Positions 1-10,702 of a stretch of 64,000 nucleotides of DNA are shown here, piece by piece. The DNA is from an uncultured bacterium (GTDB lineage Bacteria > Cyanobacteriota > Cyanobacteriia > Cyanobacteriales > JASJDA01): positions 5,884 to 69,883 of the forward strand of contig CAYWIH010000006.1 in NCBI GenBank assembly GCA_964458305.1. Direction: 5' to 3'. The notes under the pieces were generated by a model. It was given only the letters and a program-made list of their open reading frames with translations. It did not search any database and had not been told where the DNA came from. Numbering within the stretch: the stretch's first letter is position 1; each line of letters opens with the position of its first letter. Made by a program: the position numbers and the translations under genes.

Positions 1-487
1 TAAGATCGAGGTAATCATCTAATAATTCGAGATAGATTTTAGGGTTAAGATGTAACCGCGAGGCTTTCTCGACCTTAAATCTTAGAGGAGTTAATATTTA
101 CTGCTCTAGACTGATTATTGTTATAGAGTTTGTTTTCTCTCCTTCAACTAGTATATCTAAAAGTTTCAGTAAATATTTTTTTCTTTTTAGCGTTGTCGGA
201 TCTAAATTCTTTGTCCCAAGCTGCCTCCAGAGAATCTTTTGCTTTAGAGATTCTAACTTTAGACAGAGGATTTGAGGATAATTAGTTAACTTAAATTCAT
301 TTATAGATGGGATCGATCGCTTTGAGGATAAGTTAAGTTACATTTTAGGAAGTGAGAATCAATTTAGGAACTGGCAAGACTAACATCATTTGCAGGGAAA
401 CTTTGGTAGTTGCCGAGTAAAACTCAAGCAATAAAATGTTTAAATTTAATTGATAATTAAAACTGCTTGCTCTTTGAGTTAGGAGTT

Positions 488-2155
488 TTAAGTACCCGGA
501 ATTAACTCAGAAACTATTTTAAAACGAACGTGATTGATTGCTAAATCGCCAAAACTAATTGTACTTTTAGTTAAAGGTTCACCTTTGCTAGCGAGAGATT
601 CAAAAGAAATATCTTTGGCTACTTCAGCATGGTACCATGCCAAACCCATAAAGAAGCGAGTCGGATAGGGGCCGCCTTCATAAAGATCGTCGGGATTCGA
701 TTCCATTGGCAACCAACCGAACCCGGGCAAATAAAATTCCATCCAGACGTGGTTAAAATCGGGTTGAAGGGGGATATTTTGGCGATCGGGTGTTAGGGGA
801 CATTTATAGCGTCCGACGGTGCGAGAAGGGATGCCATTCAAGCGAGCAAGTGCTAATAAAACCCCCAAATATTCACCGCAAGATCCGACACCGCGACGTA
901 AAACTAGATCTGGGGTATCGATGTGGGGTTTAATTGCATAGGAGAGGCGATCGTAAACATAATTGCGGATCGAATACATTTTCCGCAACAAGTTTGTTTC
1001 CGAACCTGTCGCTTCAGAAGCGGCCCTCAAGATAATATCGGTATTCATGGCTAAGTTATCGTTATCTTCGAGGTATTGCTGTTGAAATTCTGGGGATAAT
1101 CGGGGTAAATTTTCGCAGTCTCGAGGAGCGATCTGATATTTAATACTCCAGACTTCTAAAAGTGCTTTCCAGCCAAAAATATAGCGATCGCGCGAGTCGA
1201 AGCGATCGAATTTAAATACGGCTACTCTTTGGCCGTTTTGAATTTCTTCTGTAAAAGGAAGTCCGACTGGTTCGATTTTTCTAATTTTTTGCCGAGGAGT
1301 TTCTGCTGGTAGGGCGATCCGCCATTCTAAATCTTCTATTTCGACCGGATCTAACGGGGATATTTCTTCAGTGTAGATCATTTCGATTAAATAACCGTTA
1401 GAGAGGGCGTATTTTTTTTCTGGATAATATTTAAAATAAAGGGGATGTACGAAAGTTCGATCGCGGTATAAAAGTTCTTTTTCTGTTTCTACATTGGGAT
1501 TGTCTCTAATATAGGCTTCGCGATCGGCATAAGCTACGTAGAGGGTAAGTTCTGCGGCCCGATCGCCATAAAAAGCCAAACCAGTTGGAGACTCGTAAGG
1601 AGTTAAAACGCTAAAAATAGTTGCTCCGGTAGCGCGATCGAGACAGTAAACGGTTTGTTCGATATGATCTGCGAGCCAAATTTCTTCTTCTTTGACTGTA
1701 ATGGTTTCGTTACCGATACCGGGGGTATAAAAGTGAGTAATTTTGTTAGCAGTATCGCGATCGAAGACTAAAATTTTCCCAGATCTTTGCGAAGTAGCGT
1801 AAACGGTAGAATCTTTAACTGCGACTCCGTCGATCGGATCGGATAACCGGACAAATAGTTCTGTTTTACCAAAAATACCAGCTTTAAAACTACAATAATA
1901 AATACTATCCCCAGAGGCATACCAAAGTAGATCGTCGACAAGATCTAAATCGGTCGCTCCCACGAACTCAGACCAATTATGATTGTTTAAGATTTTAGTA
2001 TTATCGGTGAGAGGATCTATTTCTAAGAGATAGCCGTTAATAGAATCGATCGCCAGCAACTTATTTGTTTTAAAAGCAATACCTCGCAGCGAACAAGCAG
2101 CGATCGGTCTAATAGTTCTTATTTCTAATTGATTTTGGCTATTCTTATCTTGCAT
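488..2155 (-). CDS. Transglutaminase-like cysteine protease domain protein with a large N-terminal beta-rich region
   Basis: 555-aa ORF. The C-terminus has a transglutaminase-core Cys/His/Asp context: 'GVGSCGEYLG', 'DFNHVWMEFY', 'MESNPDD'. The fold of the N-terminal ~350 aa is not recognised. Confidence 0.7.
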   Translation of the reverse strand: MQDKNSQNQLEIRTIRPIAACSLRGIAFKTNKLLAIDSINGYLLEIDPLTDNTKILNNHNWSEFVGATDLDLVDDLLWYASGDSIYYCSFKAGIFGKTELFVRLSDPIDGVAVKDSTVYATSQRSGKILVFDRDTANKITHFYTPGIGNETITVKEEEIWLADHIEQTVYCLDRATGATIFSVLTPYESPTGLAFYGDRAAELTLYVAYADREAYIRDNPNVETEKELLYRDRTFVHPLYFKYYPEKKYALSNGYLIEMIYTEEISPLDPVEIEDLEWRIALPAETPRQKIRKIEPVGLPFTEEIQNGQRVAVFKFDRFDSRDRYIFGWKALLEVWSIKYQIAPRDCENLPRLSPEFQQQYLEDNDNLAMNTDIILRAASEATGSETNLLRKMYSIRNYVYDRLSYAIKPHIDTPDLVLRRGVGSCGEYLGVLLALARLNGIPSRTVGRYKCPLTPDRQNIPLQPDFNHVWMEFYLPGFGWLPMESNPDDLYEGGPYPTRFFMGLAWYHAEVAKDISFESLASKGEPLTKSTISFGDLAINHVRFKIVSELIPGT

Positions 2156-2349
2156 TTACTTGTCGATCGGCAACGATCGATCCAGATACCCGACATAAGC
2201 TTTAAGTATATAAGAATACAAAAAGATCCGAAAAAATTTAAATATCAAATTAAGCAATTAAATAAAATTAAAGCAACGATCGCCACAGAAAGAGCCGATC
2301 TAGCCTTAAGTTACTCAAAAGACTCATTCAAAAACAAGATAAATCAGTC

Positions 2350-5178
2350 GTGACTCAAATACTACCTACCCCAACCACCAGCAACTCGAAAGAATGGCAT
2401 ACCCATAAAGTCGATCGAACTCTAGAAATATTAGAATCAGATCGCAAAAAAGGCTTGAGTGCAACTGAGGCCGATCGGCGACTGGAAATTTACGGCTCTA
2501 ACGAATTAAAAGAAAGTGGAACTCGCAGCAATTGGCAGATCTTAATCGATCAGTTTAGTAATATTATGTTACTGATGCTGATCGCGGTGGCGATTGTTTC
2601 TGGAATTTTAGAAATAGTTAATTTAAGAAGCGGTCACAGTACGGGGGGTTTTCCTTTTAAAGACACGATCGCGATTATGTCGATCGTAATTTTAAACGGA
2701 TTGTTAGGTTACTTACAAGAAACTCGCGCCGAAAAAGCCTTAGCCGCGCTAAAAGCGATGTCTTCGCCTAAAGTACAAGCAATTAGGAACGGACAAAGAA
2801 AGGTTTTAGAAGCAAAACAAATCGTCCCTGGAGATATTATACTGCTCGAGGCCGGAACTCAACTTTGTGCTGACGGACAAATAATCGAAGCCTCTTCGCT
2901 ACAAATAAGAGAGTCGGCATTAACCGGAGAAGCGCAAGCCGTTAGTAAGTATATTAGCCCTCAAGGACTCGATCGCGATACTCCCCTGGGCGATCGCCAT
3001 AATATGGTTTTTAGCGGTACTGAGGTGGTTAACGGTAGGGCTAAAGCGGTGGTGACGAGTACCGGGATGGAAACGGAGTTGGGTAAAATTGCCCAAATGT
3101 TGCAGTCTGTTAAGGAAGAAGAAACACCCTTGCAACAAAGAATGACCCAACTGGGGAACGTTTTAGTTACCGGATCGCTGATTTTAGTTGCTTTTGTGGT
3201 GGTTGGCGGGACGATCCAAGCGGGTAATTTTAGTCGCCTTCAAGATTTGGTTGAAGTATCTTTAAGTATGGCTGTGGCTGTAGTACCGGAAGGTTTGCCT
3301 GCGGTAATTACTGTTACTTTAGCATTGGGAACGCAGCGCATGGTCAAACGTCACGCTTTGATCCGCAAACTTCCTGCAGTAGAAACCCTAGGATCGGTTA
3401 ATACGATATGTTCCGATAAAACTGGCACTTTAACCCAAAATAAAATGGTGGTTCAGGAAATAGTCACTTTAGAGGATACTGTAAAAGTAACTGGAGATGG
3501 TTATAATCCTGAAGGAGAATTTTTAGATCGTTACGATCGACCGATAAAAACCAGCGATCGCCCGGAATTACAAGTTTTGTTAGTCGGTTGCATTTTGTGT
3601 AACGATGCTTTACTAGAACAAAAGCAAAATAAATGGGATATTATCGGCGATCCGACTGAAGGTGCTTTGTTAGTTTTAGCAGCAAAAGCTAATTTAGTTC
3701 AAAATGCAGTTAACTATCAGTTAGAAAGAGTTTGGGAATTTCCTTTTTCCTCCGAACGCAAACGAATGAGCGTTATCTGTCAGAAAAAATCGGGAGTCGA
3801 TCGACCTATTTCTGAATTTAGCATCCAAGATTCTCCTTTTATAATGTTCATTAAAGGTTCTCCAGAAATAGTTTTAGAACGTTGTTCTTACTATAAAATC
3901 GGCAACAATACCCTGAGTTTGACTGAAGAAATTCGCCGCGAAATTATTAATAGCAATAATAATATGGCCGGTCGCGGCTTGCGGGTTTTAGGCTTTGCTT
4001 ACAAACCTTTACAAAAAATTCCGGCCGGCAAACCCAAAGCAGCCACAGAAAGAGAGATCATTTGGTTGGGTTTGGTTGGCATGATGGACGCACCCCGATC
4101 GGAAGTAAAAGCTGCCGTCAGAGAGTGCAAAGAAGCCGGAATTAGGACGATAATGATTACTGGCGACCATCAACTAACAGCTAAAGCGATCGCCGCACAA
4201 TTGGAAATATGTAACGATAATGCTTTAGTTTTGACAGGAAGGGAACTACAAAAGCTTTCTCAAAGCCAACTAGAACAAATGGTCGATCGGGTTAACGTCT
4301 ATGCCCGCGTTTCTCCAGAACACAAACTCCGCATCGTTCGCGCATTACAAAAGCAAAATAATTTTGTTGCCATGACTGGAGATGGGGTTAACGACGCACC
4401 AGCCCTCAAACAAGCCGATATCGGGATCGCAATGGGCATTACCGGAACGGATGTAAGCAAAGAAGCGAGCGACATGGTACTACTTGACGATAACTTTACC
4501 ACAATTGTCGCCGCCACGGAAGAGGGTCGCGTAGTTTATAGCAATATTCGCCGTTTTATTAAATACATTCTCGGCAGTAATATTGGTGAAGTAATAACAA
4601 TTGCAGCAGCTCCTTTATTAGGCCTTCCTGACGTACCTTTAACCCCTTTACAAATACTGTGGATGAACTTAGTTACCGACGGTTTACCGGCCTTAGCTTT
4701 GGCTGTCGAACCAGCATCACCCGATGCAATGTGTCGTCCTCCTTTTAGTCCGAAAGAGAGTATTTTTGCTCGCGGTTTGGGTTATTATATCGTGCGAATT
4801 GGCATTATATTTTCTGTCTTTTCGATCGCATTAATGTTATGGTCTTATCGCAATTCTTCTGGCGATCCTGAAAGTTGGAAAACGATGGTTTTTACTACTT
4901 TATGCGTCGCGCAAATGGGTCACGCGATCGCGGTTCGATCGGACAATCGTCTAACTTTCCAAATGAATCCTTTGTCTAATCCCTATTTATTGGCTGCGGT
5001 TGTTGTGACTACGGGTTTACAATTTATGTTAATCTATGTCGAGCCTTTACGTAACTTTTTCGGTACGACTGTTTTAACTGGCGAAGAGTTAATTGTTTGT
5101 TTGATTTTTAGCAGTTTTATGTTCTTCTGGGTCGAGTTAGAAAAGTGGTTTATTAATTGGTTTAATTCTAAAAAATAA
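2350..5178 (+). CDS. P-type cation-transporting ATPase, type IIA (PacL-like Ca2+-ATPase)
   Basis: 942-aa ORF with a GTG start. Motifs: 'CSDKTGTLT' phospho-Asp, 'LTGEA' actuator, 'TGDGVNDAPAL' hinge. Multiple C-terminal TM helices. The N-terminal 'GLSATEADRRLEIYGSNEL' is typical of Ca2+-type pumps. Confidence 0.9.
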   Translation: MTQILPTPTTSNSKEWHTHKVDRTLEILESDRKKGLSATEADRRLEIYGSNELKESGTRSNWQILIDQFSNIMLLMLIAVAIVSGILEIVNLRSGHSTGGFPFKDTIAIMSIVILNGLLGYLQETRAEKALAALKAMSSPKVQAIRNGQRKVLEAKQIVPGDIILLEAGTQLCADGQIIEASSLQIRESALTGEAQAVSKYISPQGLDRDTPLGDRHNMVFSGTEVVNGRAKAVVTSTGMETELGKIAQMLQSVKEEETPLQQRMTQLGNVLVTGSLILVAFVVVGGTIQAGNFSRLQDLVEVSLSMAVAVVPEGLPAVITVTLALGTQRMVKRHALIRKLPAVETLGSVNTICSDKTGTLTQNKMVVQEIVTLEDTVKVTGDGYNPEGEFLDRYDRPIKTSDRPELQVLLVGCILCNDALLEQKQNKWDIIGDPTEGALLVLAAKANLVQNAVNYQLERVWEFPFSSERKRMSVICQKKSGVDRPISEFSIQDSPFIMFIKGSPEIVLERCSYYKIGNNTLSLTEEIRREIINSNNNMAGRGLRVLGFAYKPLQKIPAGKPKAATEREIIWLGLVGMMDAPRSEVKAAVRECKEAGIRTIMITGDHQLTAKAIAAQLEICNDNALVLTGRELQKLSQSQLEQMVDRVNVYARVSPEHKLRIVRALQKQNNFVAMTGDGVNDAPALKQADIGIAMGITGTDVSKEASDMVLLDDNFTTIVAATEEGRVVYSNIRRFIKYILGSNIGEVITIAAAPLLGLPDVPLTPLQILWMNLVTDGLPALALAVEPASPDAMCRPPFSPKESIFARGLGYYIVRIGIIFSVFSIALMLWSYRNSSGDPESWKTMVFTTLCVAQMGHAIAVRSDNRLTFQMNPLSNPYLLAAVVVTTGLQFMLIYVEPLRNFFGTTVLTGEELIVCLIFSSFMFFWVELEKWFINWFNSKK

Positions 5179-5225
5179 ACTCTCAAATATTTTTGAGAAA
5201 TCTTCTTAAAGCTCGAATTTTAAAA

Positions 5226-5248
5226 TCCCCAAGTTTATAGCTTGGGGA
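5226..5248 (-). terminator. Putative intrinsic terminator for the 5266-5646 gene, between convergent genes
   Basis: 8-bp perfect stem 'tccccaag'/'cttgggga' with a 7-nt loop. On the minus strand it is followed by 'ttttaaaatt'. Confidence 0.5.
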
Positions 5249-5265
5249 AATTTACATTAATAAGA

Positions 5266-5646
5266 TTAATTCATAATATTTACTTCTGTTGCTTCGATTT
5301 CAATTTCTTCTGGAGTCGGGTCTCCTTCTTTTTCTGCTTCTCCTTTATGTTCTAATTCTAAACTTACTACTCCTAAAACTTCGATTTTAGTCCCCGGATC
5401 TAGTTCCATATTTAAATCGTCAATTTCAACCGTGATTTCTCCGGTTTCATCGGATATAATATATTCATCTTCTCCGGGTTGTTGTTCGATTACAGTCCCA
5501 TATATGAGAACTTCTGCCCCATCTTGAGGATCGCTCAAAATTTCAGTAATGCTTATTTTTCCCTTATCGGCTAAAGCAGATAATGCGATCGAAAAACTAC
5601 CAATAGTTAAAGCGGATATAGTACAGATTTTCCACCAAGATTTCAT
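5266..5646 (-). CDS. Secreted OB-fold (BOF / YgiW-YdeI-like) protein
   Basis: 126 aa with an N-terminal signal peptide. The acidic core 'VLIYGTVIEQ...EYIISDETGEITVEIDD' resembles the YgiW/BOF family. The assignment is from memory of the family pattern. Confidence 0.5.
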   Translation of the reverse strand: MKSWWKICTISALTIGSFSIALSALADKGKISITEILSDPQDGAEVLIYGTVIEQQPGEDEYIISDETGEITVEIDDLNMELDPGTKIEVLGVVSLELEHKGEAEKEGDPTPEEIEIEATEVNIMN

Positions 5647-6019
5647 AAATTTACCAAAATAAATTTAAACAAAAGTTTATAAAGTAATATTACTATAAAT
5701 TTTTGCCAATTCGATAATTTTTTTTCTGCTTCTTTAAAATCCTTTTAAAACATCCGTTTTAGCCACCAAGTTGGTAATGTACTTGACTTTTATCGATCGC
5801 ATTTTGTTTTTCGATCGAAATAAAATTTCCAGTTTTTAGTAATTTTTCTCAATTAGTAGAGAGATCGTGCTTCATCCCCTTTGAAGAAGTTAGAAATCAG
5901 AATAATATTTCCCGATAATTAGTTAGTAATTCTGAAGCAATACGACTTTAATTTGTTGATTTTTGAAAACTTAGATTTCATTAAAAATATTTTAATTTTT
6001 CTCGATCGTTATGCTTTGT

Positions 6020-6436
6020 TCATTCTAATTGCGATCGGGCTTTATTTTTTCCTATATTTAAAAGCAAACACAAAATTATTACATTTAAAATTACACCCAC
6101 TGAAATCATTCCATTGTAAAATTGGATTACAAAGTTAGCTACATTTGAAATCAAAAAAACATAAAAGCCCCATTTTTTCCCTTTTAATATAGCTACAGAC
6201 CAAACTAAATTTAAAAAACCAAAAAACAAACCACAAAGAGAATTCAAAGTAGGATCTGTATTATTATAGGTGTTTTTAAAAGTCATTCCCGATATTGAAC
6301 TATTATAAATATCGTAACTATTTAAATTATTTACTAACATATATGCGTAAAAGATTATAGAAATCAGATTATATGCAATCGTGCAAATTAAAAATAAATT
6401 TAGCAAAGTTGGCATTTTTTTGTTACTCATAATCAC
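6020..6436 (-). CDS. Hypothetical integral membrane protein
   Basis: 138-aa ORF with about 4 hydrophobic segments in a very AT-rich stretch. No recognisable family, so it could be spurious. Confidence 0.35.
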   Translation of the reverse strand: MIMSNKKMPTLLNLFLICTIAYNLISIIFYAYMLVNNLNSYDIYNSSISGMTFKNTYNNTDPTLNSLCGLFFGFLNLVWSVAILKGKKWGFYVFLISNVANFVIQFYNGMISVGVILNVIILCLLLNIGKNKARSQLE

Positions 6437-6862
6437 CGATTATTAATGTTAAGATTGATAACTTATTGGCTAGCAATAAAAAACAGTTTAGGGTTAAATA
6501 ATCAAATAATAAATGACTGGAGTAAGCTGTATCGTCTATCTCGAGATAGATTGACATATTATTCGTACAAAAATTAGGTTTGCTCGCCTGATTACTAAAT
6601 CGAGGGTTTCAAGATTAACAATTTAACTTACCAATTTAGTTTAAAGCAGTTGAAATAAAGGTTAGGACATTTAAGATTGGCAAAAGGTTTAAATATTAAG
6701 GATTATCCCTCTTCCCTCTTCGCAACTTCGCTTCTTGCTTCTGCTATAAAGCGATCCTCTTGTTATTAAGAAAATGAATCTACTTTTAAAGTTCATCAAA
6801 CAGCAGTTTTAAACAAGTAAGGATCGAAATAATAATTAAGTAGCACTTGAAAAATCTTCTTA

Positions 6863-7231
6863 TTATGGTTCTGTTTCTGGTAAAAGTACTCGACAATAAC
6901 CGATAAGTTGTTCGATGCGATCGCAAACTGTTTTTAACCTCTTTTGACGGGTAGCTGGTTGACGAGCCGATCGTAAAAAAATAATATCGTTTTGTAAAAG
7001 CCTGATAGCGCGATTAATTTCGGTTTGAACCGAGAGCCAGCGAGAGGCGATCGCCCCATCTAAACCCTCTTCTGTCAAGCTCAGAGCGCGAGTCTGAAAA
7101 ATTTCCTTAACCAAAGCATATTGTTTTTCTAAAGAAGCAAGATCTAAATTGTCAGCCGTGCTAAGATTTTGTAACTTTAGTAAGGCGTTTAAAAGTTGGC
7201 GATAAATGCGATCGTGCTGTAGTGGTAACAT
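6863..7231 (-). CDS. Conserved hypothetical helical protein
   Basis: 122-aa ORF with normal composition and an ATG start. It resembles small cyanobacterial helical proteins, but I cannot name a family with confidence. Confidence 0.5.
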   Translation of the reverse strand: MLPLQHDRIYRQLLNALLKLQNLSTADNLDLASLEKQYALVKEIFQTRALSLTEEGLDGAIASRWLSVQTEINRAIRLLQNDIIFLRSARQPATRQKRLKTVCDRIEQLIGYCRVLLPETEP

Positions 7232-7469
7232 TTGTAACGAGTTTAAGTTAAAATTATATAAATAATATTGCTTTTATATTGAAACTTGAGGTAAGTAAAA
7301 TCTACCGCTCGAGTTGTAATCGATAAAACTGCTGTTTTACAACAAATAATAATAATTTATTTACCGCTATTGAAAAGAATCAAGAATCTGCCAAAAATCA
7401 GCAACAGCGGTTTTTATACTTCTAAAGAAACACCCTCCCATCTACTAAACTCACTTCCGTCGATCGAGC

Positions 7470-9725
7470 ATGAACCCATTATCTACCCTCAAAGAGCCTC
7501 AAAAAATTGAATTTCAGATCCCCGAATGGCTAGGGGAATGTTTTCAAGAGCAAAAAAGAGATTGCCACAATGAAGATAATAATCTAATTTGTCGCGCCTT
7601 TGAATTCGCTTACGAGTTACATAAAGAACAGTATCGCAAATCGGGAGAACCTTATATAGCTCATCCGGTTGCTGTTGCTGGTTTATTGAGGGATCTAGGA
7701 GGAGATAGTACCACGATCGCGGCCGGTTTTCTCCACGATGTTGTCGAAGATACCGATGTCACCACCGAAGAAATAGAAGAGCGTTTCGGTTGCGATGTGA
7801 GATTGTTAGTAGAAGGTGTTACTAAACTATCTAAATTCAATTTTTCCAGCAAAACCGAACGTCAAGCAGAAAATTTCCGCAGAATGTTTTTAGCAATGGC
7901 TAAAGATATTCGGGTGATCGTCGTCAAATTAGCCGATCGCTTGCATAATATGAGGACTTTGGAGCATTTAAGTCCCGAAAAGCAAAAAAGAATTTCTCGG
8001 GAAACTCGAGAAATATTCGCACCTTTAGCCAATCGTTTGGGGATCTGGCATTTTAAATGGGAATTAGAGGATTTAGCCTTTAAATATCTCGAACCAGAGG
8101 ATTTTCAAAAAATTAAAAACCTAGTAGCCGAAAGACGCAGCGATCGCGAAGCGAGATTGAAAACAGTGACGAAGATTTTGCGCGATCGCTTGACAAAAAT
8201 AGGCGTTAATGTAGTTGAAGTTAAAGGCCGTCCCAAACACCTCTACGGCATCTACCATAAAATGCAGAGGCAACGCAAAGAATTTAATGAAATTTTCGAT
8301 CTTGCAGGGGTTCGAGTCGTTGTCAAAAGCAAAGAAGAATGCTATCGCGCTCTAGCAGTAGTTCACGACGCTTTCAAACCAATTCCGGGACGATTTAAAG
8401 ATTATATCGGCTTGCCAAAAGCCAATCTTTATCAATCCTTGCACACTACTGTAGTCGGTTTGCAAGGTCGTCCTTTAGAAGTGCAGATCCGCACCCAAGA
8501 AATGCATCAAATTGCAGAATACGGGATCGCAGCTCATTGGAAGTATAAAGAAACTGGCGGCTCGAGTTTTACAAAATTGTCTCCAGAAGACGAAAAATTT
8601 ACTTGGTTGCGACAATTATTAGATTGGCAAAACGATCTCAAAGACGCTCAAGAATATATAGATAATCTCAAAGATAATTTATTTGAGGATGATGTTTATG
8701 TCTTTACTCCCAAAGGAGACGTGATCGTCTTAGCCCCGAGAGCGACAGCAGTAGATTTTGCTTATCGCATTCATTCAGAAGTTGGCAACCACATGAAAGG
8801 GGCTAGAATCAACGGTAAATGGTCGGTATTAGATACCCAATTGCAAAACGGTGACATTGTCGAGATCCTTACCAGCAAAAACTCTCACCCTAGTTTAGAT
8901 TGGCTCAATTTTGTTGCTACTCCCAGTGCGAGAAATCGCATCAGACAATGGTACAAGCGATCGCACCGAGAAGAAAATATCGGCCGAGCTAAAGAATTAT
9001 TAGAAAAAGAATTGGGTAAAAGTGGTTTGGAAGCGCAATTAAAGTCCGAACCGATGCAAAATGTGGTCGCTCGCTGTAATTACCAAAGTACCGAAGATTT
9101 ATTAGCCGGACTCGGTTACGGTGAAATTACTTTAAACCAAGTAGTTAACCGACTCAGAGAAGAAGTCAAAGCACAACAAATAATCGAAAAAGAAGTCGAA
9201 GAAACCGAATTAACTCCTCAAACACCAGTAAGGGATCTCAACGCTCACAAAAATACTAAATCGCCCATAATTGGCATCGAAGGGATGTTACATTATATTG
9301 CTGGTTGTTGCAATCCCCTGCCAGGCGAAGCAATAATCGGCGTGGTTACTCGCAATGCTAGGGGAATCGCCATACATCGCCAAGGATGTCCTAATATAGA
9401 TTCGGTATCGGGCGATCGCTTGATTCCTGTAAGTTGGAATGCCAAAGATAGCAATAACACCAGACCCCATACTTATCCAGTTGACATTCAAATCGAGGCG
9501 ATCGACCGGGTGGGAATGCTCAGGGATATTTTAGCTCGTTTGAGCGATGAAAATATTAACGTTCTCAGTGCTGGAGTCAAAACGAGCTTCGGTAAACCAG
9601 CTTTAATTTCTCTGAGTTTGGAAGTACAAGATTGCCGACAGTTAGAGTGCAGTTTCAGAAAAATCAGAAATATGAGCGATATTCTCAACGTTCGTCGTCT
9701 GAGTCAATTAGATGGCAATTGTTAA
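7470..9725 (+). CDS. spoT: Bifunctional (p)ppGpp synthetase/hydrolase (RelA/SpoT homologue)
   Basis: 751 aa. HD hydrolase motif 'HDVVEDT', synthetase region 'RPKHLYGIYHKM', a TGS region and a C-terminal ACT-like region. Confidence 0.92.
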   Translation: MNPLSTLKEPQKIEFQIPEWLGECFQEQKRDCHNEDNNLICRAFEFAYELHKEQYRKSGEPYIAHPVAVAGLLRDLGGDSTTIAAGFLHDVVEDTDVTTEEIEERFGCDVRLLVEGVTKLSKFNFSSKTERQAENFRRMFLAMAKDIRVIVVKLADRLHNMRTLEHLSPEKQKRISRETREIFAPLANRLGIWHFKWELEDLAFKYLEPEDFQKIKNLVAERRSDREARLKTVTKILRDRLTKIGVNVVEVKGRPKHLYGIYHKMQRQRKEFNEIFDLAGVRVVVKSKEECYRALAVVHDAFKPIPGRFKDYIGLPKANLYQSLHTTVVGLQGRPLEVQIRTQEMHQIAEYGIAAHWKYKETGGSSFTKLSPEDEKFTWLRQLLDWQNDLKDAQEYIDNLKDNLFEDDVYVFTPKGDVIVLAPRATAVDFAYRIHSEVGNHMKGARINGKWSVLDTQLQNGDIVEILTSKNSHPSLDWLNFVATPSARNRIRQWYKRSHREENIGRAKELLEKELGKSGLEAQLKSEPMQNVVARCNYQSTEDLLAGLGYGEITLNQVVNRLREEVKAQQIIEKEVEETELTPQTPVRDLNAHKNTKSPIIGIEGMLHYIAGCCNPLPGEAIIGVVTRNARGIAIHRQGCPNIDSVSGDRLIPVSWNAKDSNNTRPHTYPVDIQIEAIDRVGMLRDILARLSDENINVLSAGVKTSFGKPALISLSLEVQDCRQLECSFRKIRNMSDILNVRRLSQLDGNC

Positions 9726-9761
9726 GTAAGTAACGAGCATTACTCGTTACTCGTTACTCTT

Positions 9762-10055
9762 TTATACAGCAGCAGCAACTTCTTCTGTTGTTGCTTTTTC
9801 TGGTACTGGATAAACGCTCACTTTTTTGCGGCTTTTAGTTTTATGTTCGAAAGCTACCACACCATCGATTAAAGCAAATAATGTATCGTCGTTACCTCGA
9901 CCGACATTATTTCCAGCATGGAATTTAGTGCCGCGCTGACGTACTAAAATATTACCAGCTCTAACTACTTGACCGCCATAACGTTTGACTCCCAACCGTT
10001 TGGAATTTGAGTCGCGACCGTTACGAGTACTACCTGTTCCTTTCTTATGTGCCAT
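9762..10055 (-). CDS. rpmA: 50S ribosomal protein L27
   Basis: 97 aa starting '[29 protein letters not shown]', the canonical L27 N-terminus. Confidence 0.96.
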   Translation of the reverse strand: MAHKKGTGSTRNGRDSNSKRLGVKRYGGQVVRAGNILVRQRGTKFHAGNNVGRGNDDTLFALIDGVVAFEHKTKSRKKVSVYPVPEKATTEEVAAAV

Positions 10056-10085
10056 AATTAATTCGCTCCTAAATCTTTATTTATT

Positions 10086-10484
10086 TTATTCTGAAGTAAC
10101 TTCAGCAGGTGTTTCTGTTTCTTCTGGTTGTTTTTCTAAATTTACAGTCGCATTTGCCAAAGTCGCACCGTTGAGACTAATGGAATTAATCATCAGTCTA
10201 GTAATTTCTTGGCGATGTCCCCGTTTTTTGCGAGTTTTCTTTTTCGGTTGCATCTTATAAACGATAATTTTGCGTCCCCGTCGATGCTGCATTATCGTAC
10301 CCGTAACCGTTGCACCTTCTACGTAAGGCTGACCTACGCTAATATCGTTTTCGTGGTGTATTAATAAAACTTTATCGATCTTATATTCAGCTCCTTCATC
10401 TGCATGAAGTAGTTCGATGTCGTAAAACCTACCTGGTTCTACTTTAATTTGTTTACCGCCAGTTTCTATAATTGCGTAAGTCAT
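10086..10484 (-). CDS. rplU: 50S ribosomal protein L21
   Basis: The internal ATG at 10484 gives '[22 protein letters not shown]', the canonical L21 start. The 35 upstream codons of the tracked ORF are not L21-like. It lies directly upstream of rpmA. Confidence 0.9.
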   Translation of the reverse strand: MTYAIIETGGKQIKVEPGRFYDIELLHADEGAEYKIDKVLLIHHENDISVGQPYVEGATVTGTIMQHRRGRKIIVYKMQPKKKTRKKRGHRQEITRLMINSISLNGATLANATVNLEKQPEETETPAEVTSE

Positions 10485-10702
10485 TACAATTGTCTCCATA
10501 AATTGCCGTAAGGGTAGCTGAATTTGAATTAAGGCCCGAGTTTCAGCTTTTGTTCTCTCGCCTACCCGTTCCGAGCTAAAATTAAACACGCAATTTATTA
10601 TTTTATCTTAAATTAAAGTTTTAGTCAAGACAACAAAAAAGACGGTTAGCTAGATCTAAACGTAGTGAGATGTCTATTTCCGTCTTTTTAGTTCGATCGA
10701 TT

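Noticed and set aside
1-487. Possible partial gene at the left edge of the window
   Set aside because: Both strands have frequent stops. The longest open stretch of about 38 codons lacks a start codon. I treated it as intergenic DNA downstream of the transglutaminase-like gene.
2129-2353. 74-aa plus-strand ORF between the transglutaminase-like gene and the P-type ATPase
   Set aside because: It overlaps the 5' end of the divergent gene and the ATPase start region. The translation is Lys/Ile-rich and typical of AT-rich promoter DNA, with no family resemblance.
6535-6550. Perfect 16-bp palindrome 'tctatctcgagataga' in the 6.4-6.9 kb spacer
   Set aside because: It is isolated. I saw no second copy or half-site array, and it is not positioned relative to a recognisable promoter. 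It could be an operator, but there is nothing to support that.
10485-10589. 35-codon N-terminal extension of the L21 ORF in the six-frame track
   Set aside because: The canonical L21 N-terminus '[12 protein letters not shown]' begins at the internal ATG at 10484. The upstream residues are not L21-like, so this stretch is probably 5' UTR.
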